Shown piece by piece: positions 36,599 to 45,132 of a DNA stretch of 64,000 nt. Position 1 is the stretch's first letter, and every line of letters begins with the position of its first letter. The notes under the pieces are model-generated. The model was not told where the DNA came from. It saw only the letters and a list, made by a program, of their open reading frames with translations, and searched no databases. Both the position numbers and the translations under genes were made by a program. Source of the DNA: an uncultured archaeon (GTDB taxonomy: Archaea; Aenigmatarchaeota; Aenigmatarchaeia; CG10238-14; SCSR01); NCBI GenBank assembly GCA_964512235.1, contig CAZEGD010000001.1, positions 42,874 through 106,873 of the forward strand, written 5' to 3'.

Positions 36599-38254
36599 GT
36601 GATTGATTTCAAGGACGAAAAGGTAATTATCACATCTGGGTTGCCGTATGCAAACGGTGAGCTGCATCTAGGACATGTAACGTCTACATATTTACCGGCA
36701 GACATATTTGCACGCTACTGCAGGCTGAAAGGTAGAAGAGTAGTCTTTGTATGTGCGACCGACGATTTTGGAACACCGATTCTTATAAAAGCCGAGCAGG
36801 AAAAGAAGGAATTGAAGGACTTTGTTGCATATTGGAATAGGCATGATAGGGAAGATTTTGAAGCTCTGGGCATATCCTTTGATATTTTCGACAAGACTAG
36901 CTCGAAGGAGAATATAGAATTCGTACAGAGTTTTTTCCTTACGCTGAAAAAGAAAGGTTTCATATTCAAGCAGACAGTGCAACTACCTTACTGTGAAAAA
37001 TGCGGCAAATTCCTGCCTGATAGATATGTAAAAGGTACTTGCCCGTTCTGTGGGGCAGAAGAGCAGTACAGTGACTGGTGCGAGAAGTGTGGGAGAGTGT
37101 TCCAATCGGGGCAAATCAAAGACCCGCACTGTGCAATCTGCGGAACTACACCAGTGACAAAGATCAGCGATCATTACTTCTTTAAACTGTCTGCCTTTGC
37201 TAAGCAGCTTAATGAATGGTTCAACAAAAACAGCGATTTGCAGAGTGAAGTGAAAAATTATGTGCTTAGATGGATAGAGGATGGGTTGCTTGACTGGGAT
37301 ATTACACGGGATATGCATTGGGGTGTGCCGATTCCCTTGGAAGATGCGAAAGGCAAAGTGTTCTATGGCTGGTTTGACAACCAGTTGTGCTACATATCCA
37401 CAGCACTCAAGCATCTGGCAAGCAAGAAGATTGATGGTGAGAATTTCTGGAATTCCGCTCGCATCTACCACTTCATAGGCAAGGACATAGTATACCACCA
37501 CTATTTATTTTTGCCGGCTATGAGGATTGGTGAAGGCAGGTTCAAGCTGCCTGAATTCATACCCGTACGCGGTCATTTGTTGCTGCAGGGTAAGAAGTTT
37601 TCAAAGAGTAGGAACTGGTATGTAGGGTTGCATGACTTCTTGGATAGCTTTCCGGCAGATTATTTACGATATTATCTCTCAACCATTACAACTTACAGCC
37701 AGGCAGACATCAACTTCGATTGGAAAGATCTCCAAGCGAGGATAAACAACGAGCTAGTTGCGACTATAGGCAACTTTATTCATAGAGCCCTGACATTCAT
37801 TGACTCGAAATTCGACGGCAAAGTACCTGAGCCGGATGGATTTGATGATGTGGATAAGGAGTTTGAAGAAAGGATTAAGACTATTGCTACGGAAGTAAGT
37901 GAATTTATAGAAAATAATGAACTACATAGAGCATTGAAGAAGATAATAGAGTTTGCAGGCGCCTGCAACCAGTACTTCCAGAAAAAGGAGCCCTGGAAGG
38001 GCAATGCAAACAATTGTCTCTATCTCAGTATAAACGCAGTCCGTACTCTTGCCATCATACTAGAGCCGTACTTGCCTTTTGCAGCAGAAGATTTGTGGAA
38101 TCAGTTGAATCTCAAGGGATCTGTACACAAGCAAAAATGGGAATCTGCGAAAGAATTAAAGATTAAAACCGGTCACAAAATCAATAAGCCAAAAGTTCTT
38201 TTCAAGAAGATTGAAAACGAGGAGATAGAAAGAGAGATTAAGAAACTAAGGTAA
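36599..38254 (+). CDS. metG: Methionyl-tRNA synthetase
   Basis: LPYANGELHLGH. Zn knuckles CEKCGKF...CPFCG...CEKCG...CAICG. KFSKSRNW (KMSKS-type). GTG start. Confidence 0.92.
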   Translation: MIDFKDEKVIITSGLPYANGELHLGHVTSTYLPADIFARYCRLKGRRVVFVCATDDFGTPILIKAEQEKKELKDFVAYWNRHDREDFEALGISFDIFDKTSSKENIEFVQSFFLTLKKKGFIFKQTVQLPYCEKCGKFLPDRYVKGTCPFCGAEEQYSDWCEKCGRVFQSGQIKDPHCAICGTTPVTKISDHYFFKLSAFAKQLNEWFNKNSDLQSEVKNYVLRWIEDGLLDWDITRDMHWGVPIPLEDAKGKVFYGWFDNQLCYISTALKHLASKKIDGENFWNSARIYHFIGKDIVYHHYLFLPAMRIGEGRFKLPEFIPVRGHLLLQGKKFSKSRNWYVGLHDFLDSFPADYLRYYLSTITTYSQADINFDWKDLQARINNELVATIGNFIHRALTFIDSKFDGKVPEPDGFDDVDKEFEERIKTIATEVSEFIENNELHRALKKIIEFAGACNQYFQKKEPWKGNANNCLYLSINAVRTLAIILEPYLPFAAEDLWNQLNLKGSVHKQKWESAKELKIKTGHKINKPKVLFKKIENEEIEREIKKLR

Positions 38255-38293
38255 ATTAGATAAGTCCAGATTTGCAATTAATTATTGAGAAGT

Positions 38294-38773
38294 ATGAAAA
38301 AAGTAAAGGACTTTATGAACAAGAAAGTCGTTTCCTTCAAGCCTGAGGATTCTATATTCGATGTTGCCCAACTATTTTCAAGACTTAACATCTCCGGCGC
38401 GCCCGTGGTAAGCAGGGGTAAAGTGCTTGGTGTCGTAAGCGAAACAGACATTGTCAAATTTATGAGTATGAAATTGTCACAATCGCTCAATTCAAAGTCT
38501 CTGCCTCTACAGTCCCTAAGCATGATTTGTCTAAACTTAATCAAGACAGGGAAGAGTCATTTAGCCATAAAGGAAGATTTGGAGAGAATATCTAGGATAA
38601 AAGTCAAAAACGTTATGACAAAGGAGGCTGTGAGTGTGGGCCCGGATACGAACATATTCGATGCTGCTGCTATGATGGAAAGGCATGACATCAATAGGTT
38701 GCCTGTCGTGAGCAGGGGTAAACTCGTGGGTATAATCGCACGTGCGGATTTGATAAAGGCGCTTGTAGATTAG
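38294..38773 (+). CDS. CBS-domain pair protein
   Basis: Two CBS-like units: VKDFMNKKVVSFKPEDSIFDVAQLFSRLNISGAPVV and VKNVMTKEAVSVGPDTNIFDAAAMMERHDINRLPVV. Confidence 0.85.
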   Translation: MKKVKDFMNKKVVSFKPEDSIFDVAQLFSRLNISGAPVVSRGKVLGVVSETDIVKFMSMKLSQSLNSKSLPLQSLSMICLNLIKTGKSHLAIKEDLERISRIKVKNVMTKEAVSVGPDTNIFDAAAMMERHDINRLPVVSRGKLVGIIARADLIKALVD

Positions 38774-38821
38774 GACCTATGCAACTCAACGAACTTCTCT
38801 ATCGATCTATCGTATGTACGC

Positions 38822-39316
38822 TCATCTTTTCAAGACTTTCATAAATCTTTCAGGATGCGATGGCGTTATCAAATAATGCCTGCCGCCTTTTGCAGTTATT
38901 ATCAATCCGTCCCTTAAGTTTGTTATTATTGTCCTTGTCCATCCTAGACTTGGAATGTAAAATCTGCCAGAATAGAAGCTCGCACCGACTCTGAAATAGA
39001 ATGGGGTTAGAGTTCTTTCAACTTTTTTAATGTCTTTCAGCTTGAGTCTTATGATTGCAAATGGCGACCAGGACGTCAATATCCCGTCTTTCACGACATA
39101 CTTTGTTCTATAAAGACTTAGAGTCGTGGCGATTAGCAGTATTGTAGTGAAAGACATGACAGCTATGGTTATAACTTGTGATGGCATTGAGGAAGAATAA
39201 ATAAGAGTAAAGAGAGAAATCCCAAGAAATACGGAGATGACAAGAATTGATAATGTTATATACATGCCACCTATCCATTTACTGATGTATGGTTTGTTGA
39301 CAATTTTCTTTGGCAT
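38822..39316 (-). CDS. Membrane protein with bacterial-PH (DUF304-like) domain
   Basis: Two N-terminal TM segments, then YRTKYVVKDGILTSWSPFAIIRLKLKDIKKVE. Confidence 0.45.
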   Translation of the reverse strand: MPKKIVNKPYISKWIGGMYITLSILVISVFLGISLFTLIYSSSMPSQVITIAVMSFTTILLIATTLSLYRTKYVVKDGILTSWSPFAIIRLKLKDIKKVERTLTPFYFRVGASFYSGRFYIPSLGWTRTIITNLRDGLIITAKGGRHYLITPSHPERFMKVLKR

Positions 39317-39464
39317 AATTACTATATTCTAATAGGATTTTAAAAACGCCGAGGGTGGACGCTGTACAACTTGTACAGAGCCTAAAGTTCGGTGTAAAAT
39401 CAAAAAGAATATTAAATACAGAAAGATAATAAACTTTTTAAATTCAAAATCCACCTTCTTAAAT

Positions 39465-40589
39465 ATGGTGTTCACAACATTAGAAGATGGGAGGATAAAA
39501 TACCAAGGGAATAAGTTATTTCCACCTATCGATGATATAAAAAGTAGAAATTTAGCCGTAGAACATATAGAAAATAGAATACATAGTATAAAAACCAATC
39601 AAATGTGGGAAAAAATAACTCTTATAAATGACATTATCTTCAAATCTACAGTTGACTTTTTCTCTTCTATAGGAGCAAAATTCATTCCTTTACCACTTAC
39701 AACAAAAATGATATCTTCTCCGGGAGCTGTTTATGGAAAGAAAAAAATCAATTATACAACTGATACAAAACCAATAAAGTTAAAATGGTTCAATTTATCT
39801 GAACCTGTCTTTCTGTCAGAATCTTCACAAATATACCTAGAACTTGTTCTTCTACAAAATAATATCGACCATGTTTTTTCTATTTATAACTCTTTTAGGA
39901 AAGAAGAAGCAGATACTACTCACCTATCGGAGTTTCATCATATAGAATACGAAGGACACGTCACACAGGAAAAAAACTTGGAAACGATAGAAAGTCTTGT
40001 GAAAACTATTTTAAAAAATATTCTAAAGAAAAAATATCTTTTAGAGTTTTTCCTAGAAGAAGGGGATATAAGAAATTTGGAAATCCTTGCAAAGGATCAC
40101 TTTATCCAAATAAAATTTAAAGACGTTCTAAGAATGTTATACGAGGAGACAAAAGATGAAAAATACAAGAAATTTACAACTAAGTATTTTGGATTTTGGG
40201 AAGAAGTTAAGATCACAGAAATATTGGGTAATAAAATAGTAGTTATCAAAGAGTTTCCATTATTAGAAACGGCGTTCTACCATGCACCAAAAGTTGTTGA
40301 TGGAGTACAAGTTGCAAACAATGCTGATATAATATGGCCTAGTTATAAGGAATTTGTAGGAAGTGGACAACGTGTAGGAACACTAAAAGAACTGATGAAA
40401 AAAGCAAAATTTTTCACTCTACCAAAAAAAGATTATGAACCATATTTACAATCCAGAAGATACGATGACTATAAAATAAGTTCTGGATTTGGAATGGGCT
40501 GGGAAAGATTATTACAAGGTTTACTTAAAATGCCTACCATAATATCAGTTTGTCACTTTCCAAGAATCCACGATAAAATGATACCCTAA
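39465..40589 (+). CDS. AsnRS/AspRS-like class IIb catalytic core without anticodon-binding domain (AsnA-like)
   Basis: Motif 1 region GAKFIPLPLTT. LSESSQIYLEL. Motif 2 VFSIYNSFRKEEADTTHLSEFHHIEYE. EFVGSGQRVGTLKEL...YEPYLQSRRYDDYKISSGFGMGWERLL parallels the AsnRS pattern GEIIGGSQRE...YWWYLDLRRYG..PHSGFGLGFERL. No OB-fold N-domain. Confidence 0.7.
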   Translation: MVFTTLEDGRIKYQGNKLFPPIDDIKSRNLAVEHIENRIHSIKTNQMWEKITLINDIIFKSTVDFFSSIGAKFIPLPLTTKMISSPGAVYGKKKINYTTDTKPIKLKWFNLSEPVFLSESSQIYLELVLLQNNIDHVFSIYNSFRKEEADTTHLSEFHHIEYEGHVTQEKNLETIESLVKTILKNILKKKYLLEFFLEEGDIRNLEILAKDHFIQIKFKDVLRMLYEETKDEKYKKFTTKYFGFWEEVKITEILGNKIVVIKEFPLLETAFYHAPKVVDGVQVANNADIIWPSYKEFVGSGQRVGTLKELMKKAKFFTLPKKDYEPYLQSRRYDDYKISSGFGMGWERLLQGLLKMPTIISVCHFPRIHDKMIP

Positions 40590-40643
40590 TTAAGTTATTA
40601 TTTTTAACTATCAATTAATTATAATTCAGAGGATGATTATACT

Positions 40644-41684
40644 ATGAAATTGATTAAACCACCTTCATTGCAAAAAGGGGATAGTATAGCTATAGTAGCT
40701 CCCTCTTCTGGTTTAGCTGCTTTATTTCCTCATCGTTTGGAAAGAGCTGTAAAGTTTTTGGAAAAAATTGGTTATAAAATAAAGGTTTTTCCGACAGCTC
40801 GCTCTATAAAGAAATGGAGTTCGGGGAGTCCTAAGGAAAGGGCATGCGATATAAACAATGCATTTGAAGACAATGAGGTTAAAGCTATAATATGTTCCAT
40901 AGGAGGTATAGTCGCGAATCAGACACTCAAATACATTAATTTTGATATTATAAGGAAGAAGCCAAAAATATTTTGCGGGTACTCGGATATCTCAGTTCTA
41001 CATTATGCGTTTCATACAGTCGCCGGTTTAGTCACGTTCTACGGTCCTTGTGCAATGACCCAATTTGGTGAATATCCTGAACCATTAAAATATACAGTAA
41101 ACCACTTTGAAATGGCTGTAGGGAATAACAAACCTATCGGTAGAATAAACCCCTCTGAAAAATGGACAGATGAAGTGTTGGATTGGGCTAACAAGTTAGA
41201 TATTGAAAGACCAAGAGGGCTAAAGACTAACTCAGGATTTCAATGGTTACGTGAGGGTAAGGTTTCTGGCCGTGTAATGGGGGGGTGTATATCTTCTATT
41301 GTACATCTCCGTGGAACCAAATTCTGGCCGAATCAAAAAGACCGAATATTTTTTATAGAAATTTCAGAGGGTCAAGAGTCTTCTAGTGGTGAACCACTCT
41401 CATACGTGGATTCATATCTGACAAATCTTGAAATTTCAGGTGTCTTTCAAGATATAAATGGTCTTATAGTAGGTAGACCCTTCAGGTACACCAATGAAGA
41501 TACAGAGGAATTAAAAAGGATAATTTTAGAACAAACAAAAGAGTACGATTTCCCAATTTTATTTGGTGCGGACATTGGTCATACGGATCCAATGATAACA
41601 ATACCACTAGGAACTAAAGTAGAGTTAGATTCGAACTCTAATAGCTTTGTTTTTCTAGAATCTGGAACATCAAACAACCTTTGA
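40644..41684 (+). CDS. S66-family LD-carboxypeptidase / MccF-like serine peptidase
   Basis: GDSIAIVAPSS. Nucleophile elbow FCGYSDISVLH. C-terminal FGADIGHTDPMITIPLG (Ser-His-Glu family layout). Confidence 0.8.
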   Translation: MKLIKPPSLQKGDSIAIVAPSSGLAALFPHRLERAVKFLEKIGYKIKVFPTARSIKKWSSGSPKERACDINNAFEDNEVKAIICSIGGIVANQTLKYINFDIIRKKPKIFCGYSDISVLHYAFHTVAGLVTFYGPCAMTQFGEYPEPLKYTVNHFEMAVGNNKPIGRINPSEKWTDEVLDWANKLDIERPRGLKTNSGFQWLREGKVSGRVMGGCISSIVHLRGTKFWPNQKDRIFFIEISEGQESSSGEPLSYVDSYLTNLEISGVFQDINGLIVGRPFRYTNEDTEELKRIILEQTKEYDFPILFGADIGHTDPMITIPLGTKVELDSNSNSFVFLESGTSNNL

Positions 41685-41733
41685 CTCATGGGAATAGAAA
41701 GACATTAATCCTTTTGGGTATATGACTTAACTT

Positions 41734-42864
41734 ATGAGAGTTTCGAGTCTAATTGGACACAAAATAAAAACGAGGAAGAAGTTTGATGATCTTGCAGAGC
41801 TTTTGACCAGCAGTTTTTTAGTAGAAACCTCTTTTTTCGACAACGATGGCTACAAAGGCCTTATAAAATTATCCATTGAAAAGTCTGTAGAGAATAATCT
41901 AGAAGCGTTGTTGAAAGAGCTAATGCAGAGAAGTGGAATACAACCAATTGAGTTGCCTACACTTCAACCTTATAATATTTTTGAGACTACTGATAGGATA
42001 GAAAAGTTTGGTAGAGAATTTGTGTCCACTACAGACGATAGGGTAGTTTTTCCCACATCAGAAGAACCCATAATCAACTATCTGGGCCGATTTGCAAACT
42101 TGTCATACAGAGAATTACCGATGTTAGTTTACCAATTTAAAAACTTCTTCAGGGCAACAACTCCGAAAGCCCTTATACGTCTACAAGAGTTTAAAGTACT
42201 TGATATATACAGCTTGAATGAAACTGAGGACTCCCTGAGAGAAACAATAAAAACAATAATAGAACCGATGTTTTTCCAACTGTGGGAAAGGCTAAACCTC
42301 AAAACAATACAACTGAAGAAAGATGAAAACTACATAGACATAAAAGTAAAGACAGCAGAAGGAAATGATACGATACCTAAAACTGGCGAAAGATGTCTAG
42401 GAATTGGCGTAATAATGAACCTTGGCAACAACTATTCAAAAAAATTTGGATTGGGGGTTGCCGATTCTTCTAATAACCTAGTGTATCCGTATCTTGGATC
42501 CTACGCTATAGGGATAGAACGGTTGATTTATGCTATGGTAGACCAAGGAAGAACAAAATCAAAAGGGGTCAACACTATTAAATGGCCTGAAGGAATCGAA
42601 CCTGTAACTTATTATGTTATAAAAATAGGAGAAAGCAATTATGGTGAAAAAATATATAAAGAACTTATTTCTAGAAATAAAAGAGTTCTATTGGATGATA
42701 GTAAAGACACTTTAGGAACAAAATTCGCACGGGCCTATGCCATAGGAGCACCATACATCATTAGTGCTGGCCCAAAAGAAGAGTCTAGAAAGATTGTAGG
42801 TATTGAAGAAAGTTACACAGGTGAGAGATGGGAAATAGAGTTTGATAAACTATTGTGCATGTGA
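41734..42864 (+). CDS. Divergent ProRS-like class IIa paralogue (motif 2 degenerate)
   Basis: LPTLQP, FPTSEEPI, SYRELPMLVYQFKNFFRATTPKALIRLQEFKVLDIYSL (compare YQF..KYRDE..R.GLFRTKEFLMKDAYSF in the next gene), GSYAIGIERL, and a HGTP-type anticodon-binding domain YYVIKIGES...LLDDSKDTLGTKFARAYAIGAPYIISAGPKE. Confidence 0.6.
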   Translation: MRVSSLIGHKIKTRKKFDDLAELLTSSFLVETSFFDNDGYKGLIKLSIEKSVENNLEALLKELMQRSGIQPIELPTLQPYNIFETTDRIEKFGREFVSTTDDRVVFPTSEEPIINYLGRFANLSYRELPMLVYQFKNFFRATTPKALIRLQEFKVLDIYSLNETEDSLRETIKTIIEPMFFQLWERLNLKTIQLKKDENYIDIKVKTAEGNDTIPKTGERCLGIGVIMNLGNNYSKKFGLGVADSSNNLVYPYLGSYAIGIERLIYAMVDQGRTKSKGVNTIKWPEGIEPVTYYVIKIGESNYGEKIYKELISRNKRVLLDDSKDTLGTKFARAYAIGAPYIISAGPKEESRKIVGIEESYTGERWEIEFDKLLCM

Positions 42865-42869
42865 ATACT

Positions 42870-44132
42870 ATGAGAAGGTCACAACTTTTTACACCAACAG
42901 GCAAAGCCGATGAGAGAGAAATGCTTAGTCGAAGTCTGGAATTAAGTTTGAGGGGTGGCTTTGTTCGCCAGACAGGTTCTGGCCTTTATAGTTATACACC
43001 CACAGGTGTCAGGGTTCTTTATAATATATCATCTCTTGTCAGAAAGGAAATGAATAATATTAATGCACAGGAAGTACTTCTTCCATCCTTACAGCCAGCA
43101 GAGTTGTGGAAGGAGAGCGGTAGATGGGAAGTATACAAAGGTAGTATATTTACTATCCAAGATAGCCAAAACAAGAAGTATTGTCTAGCCCCAACATGCG
43201 AAGAAGCCATGGTAGATCTTGTGAGGGGTAATGTCAGATCATATAAGAACTTGCCACTAACCTTATATCAGTTCAGCCAGAAGTATAGGGATGAAAAGGT
43301 AAGACAGGGTCTCTTCAGAACAAAAGAATTCTTAATGAAAGATGCTTATAGCTTCCATTTTAGTGAGGATGACCTCGATAAGACGTATCAGAAGATGAGG
43401 CAGGCATATACTAACATCTTTGAAGAACTAGAACTGGATTTCTTCTTATCTTCAGCCGAGACTGGTGAGATGGGAGGGAAAAGGTCTGAAGAACTTATTG
43501 CCTTGACGGATGTTGGAACAGACAAGTTCGTTGTTTGTTCACAGAAGGAATGTCATTTTGGAAGCCCCATAGATAGTGGTATAAAAGAGTGTTCTATCTG
43601 TGGTAGAGACTTGCAACTGAAAACAGGTATTGAATTAGCTCACTTGTTCAAGTTGGGAGACCGATACAGTAAACAAATGGATCTAACCTTCGCTGACAGA
43701 GATGGTTCGATAAGATATATGGAAATGGGTTGTTATGGGATAGGGATTAGCAGACTAATCCCAACAATAATAGAACAGAACAATGACGAAAAAGGTATAA
43801 TATGGCCAGAAAATGTGGCTCCATTTAAAGAAGTTATTATTCCTACAAGCCAAAAGAAGTCAAATCTCGCTAGACTCTCTAATCAGTTATACTATGAGCT
43901 GAACGAAAAAAGATTAGATCCGTTGTTGGACGATAGAGATGTTTCAGCTGGCACAAAATTTGCTGAATCTGATTTGATGGGGATTCCAAGAAAAATAATT
44001 ATAGGTCCTAAATCCTTGGCCAAAGGTAAGATAGAGGTGGAGCATCGTAGAGGCGGTAAAGATTTTTTAGAAATTGAAAATTTCGTTGCAGAATATATAA
44101 AAAAGTATTATTTAGGACATACAACTGCCTAA
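42870..44132 (+). CDS. proS: Prolyl-tRNA synthetase, bacterial-type architecture without INS editing domain
   Basis: MRRSQLFTPTGK...GSGLYSYTPTGVRVL...LLPSLQPAELWKESGRWEVY...LAPTCEEAM...SYKNLPLTLYQFSQKYRDEKVRQGLFRTKEFLMKDAYSF...MGCYGIGISRL...DDRDVSAGTKFAESDLMGIPRKIIIGPK. The track start 42855 is a GTG 5 codons upstream. Confidence 0.75.
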   Translation: MRRSQLFTPTGKADEREMLSRSLELSLRGGFVRQTGSGLYSYTPTGVRVLYNISSLVRKEMNNINAQEVLLPSLQPAELWKESGRWEVYKGSIFTIQDSQNKKYCLAPTCEEAMVDLVRGNVRSYKNLPLTLYQFSQKYRDEKVRQGLFRTKEFLMKDAYSFHFSEDDLDKTYQKMRQAYTNIFEELELDFFLSSAETGEMGGKRSEELIALTDVGTDKFVVCSQKECHFGSPIDSGIKECSICGRDLQLKTGIELAHLFKLGDRYSKQMDLTFADRDGSIRYMEMGCYGIGISRLIPTIIEQNNDEKGIIWPENVAPFKEVIIPTSQKKSNLARLSNQLYYELNEKRLDPLLDDRDVSAGTKFAESDLMGIPRKIIIGPKSLAKGKIEVEHRRGGKDFLEIENFVAEYIKKYYLGHTTA

Positions 44133-44188
44133 GATGTTGATAAAGTAATAATAAATTTATTGTAAACTTACAAACTCATATTATAGAA

Positions 44189-45013
44189 ATGATAAATATG
44201 TCAAGAGAAATCACACCAGCTAGTATAAAGGACATGTCCTATATAGATTTTATGGCTTTTCTCAATGAGACCAACAAACCGCCAGGAGGAAAGAAATCAC
44301 TAATAGATGTAGCTCAACTATGCTTCTTGAATAAGGACAAGAAAGTTCTTCATGTAGGTTGTAGTACTGGATATTCGACCTTTGAACTTAACCGATTAAC
44401 AGGTTGTAAAATAGTAGGGATAGACATCAGTTCCAACATGATTAAAAGAGCCAATGAGAAAAGAGAGAAAGATATGAATAGAACCAATGTAACATTTCGA
44501 GTTGCCGATGCCACAAAATTTCCTTTCGAGGACAATACATTCGATGTTGTGTTTTCGGCGGGTGCTACAGCTTTCTTTGAGGACATACAAAAAGGAGTAG
44601 CTGAATGCAAACGTGTTGTTAAACCATGGGGCTTCATGGTCGATGTAAACTTCTATTATAAGAAAGACCCACCGCAGAGTTTGATAGATGAATTGAATAA
44701 GACTATGGATATCCACATAAAAAAACGGAGTAAGGAAGATTGGATAAGAATATACGAAGATGCCGACCTGGATGTTTATTATATTAAAGATGGAAAAACA
44801 AAAACTGTTACGAAAGAGCAAATAGAAGAATACGCAGAAAAAACCGCTAGGAGAGTGACCTCTGGTTCAGAAATCATAAAAACGATAAAGGAAAAACTGA
44901 TACCCATAATGGAGCTTTTCAATAGAAACAATGAGTACTTAGCATACTCGATATTCATCTTTCGCAAGCACCCTGACGAAGAGCCTAAAGATATCTACTT
45001 GTTTGAACCTTAA
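44189..45013 (+). CDS. Class I SAM-dependent methyltransferase
   Basis: Motif I VLHVGCSTGYST. GIDISSNMIKRANEK. FDVVFSAGA. Confidence 0.7.
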   Translation: MINMSREITPASIKDMSYIDFMAFLNETNKPPGGKKSLIDVAQLCFLNKDKKVLHVGCSTGYSTFELNRLTGCKIVGIDISSNMIKRANEKREKDMNRTNVTFRVADATKFPFEDNTFDVVFSAGATAFFEDIQKGVAECKRVVKPWGFMVDVNFYYKKDPPQSLIDELNKTMDIHIKKRSKEDWIRIYEDADLDVYYIKDGKTKTVTKEQIEEYAEKTARRVTSGSEIIKTIKEKLIPIMELFNRNNEYLAYSIFIFRKHPDEEPKDIYLFEP

Positions 45014-45132
45014 CCAAATATTTTTCAAGAATACAATTAGTTCAACGCCTACTCAACATTCTATTTCCAATTTTCAAAAAATTGAGCTAGATGCTGATTT
45101 GACAGCAAAAACTAAAGAATTGAAAAATTCTA

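Noticed and set aside
39329-39598. An 89-aa minus-strand ORF spanning the left island boundary.
   Set aside because: It overlaps the start of the AsnRS-like gene and the direct repeat and palindrome. It is hydrophobic, low complexity and AT-driven.
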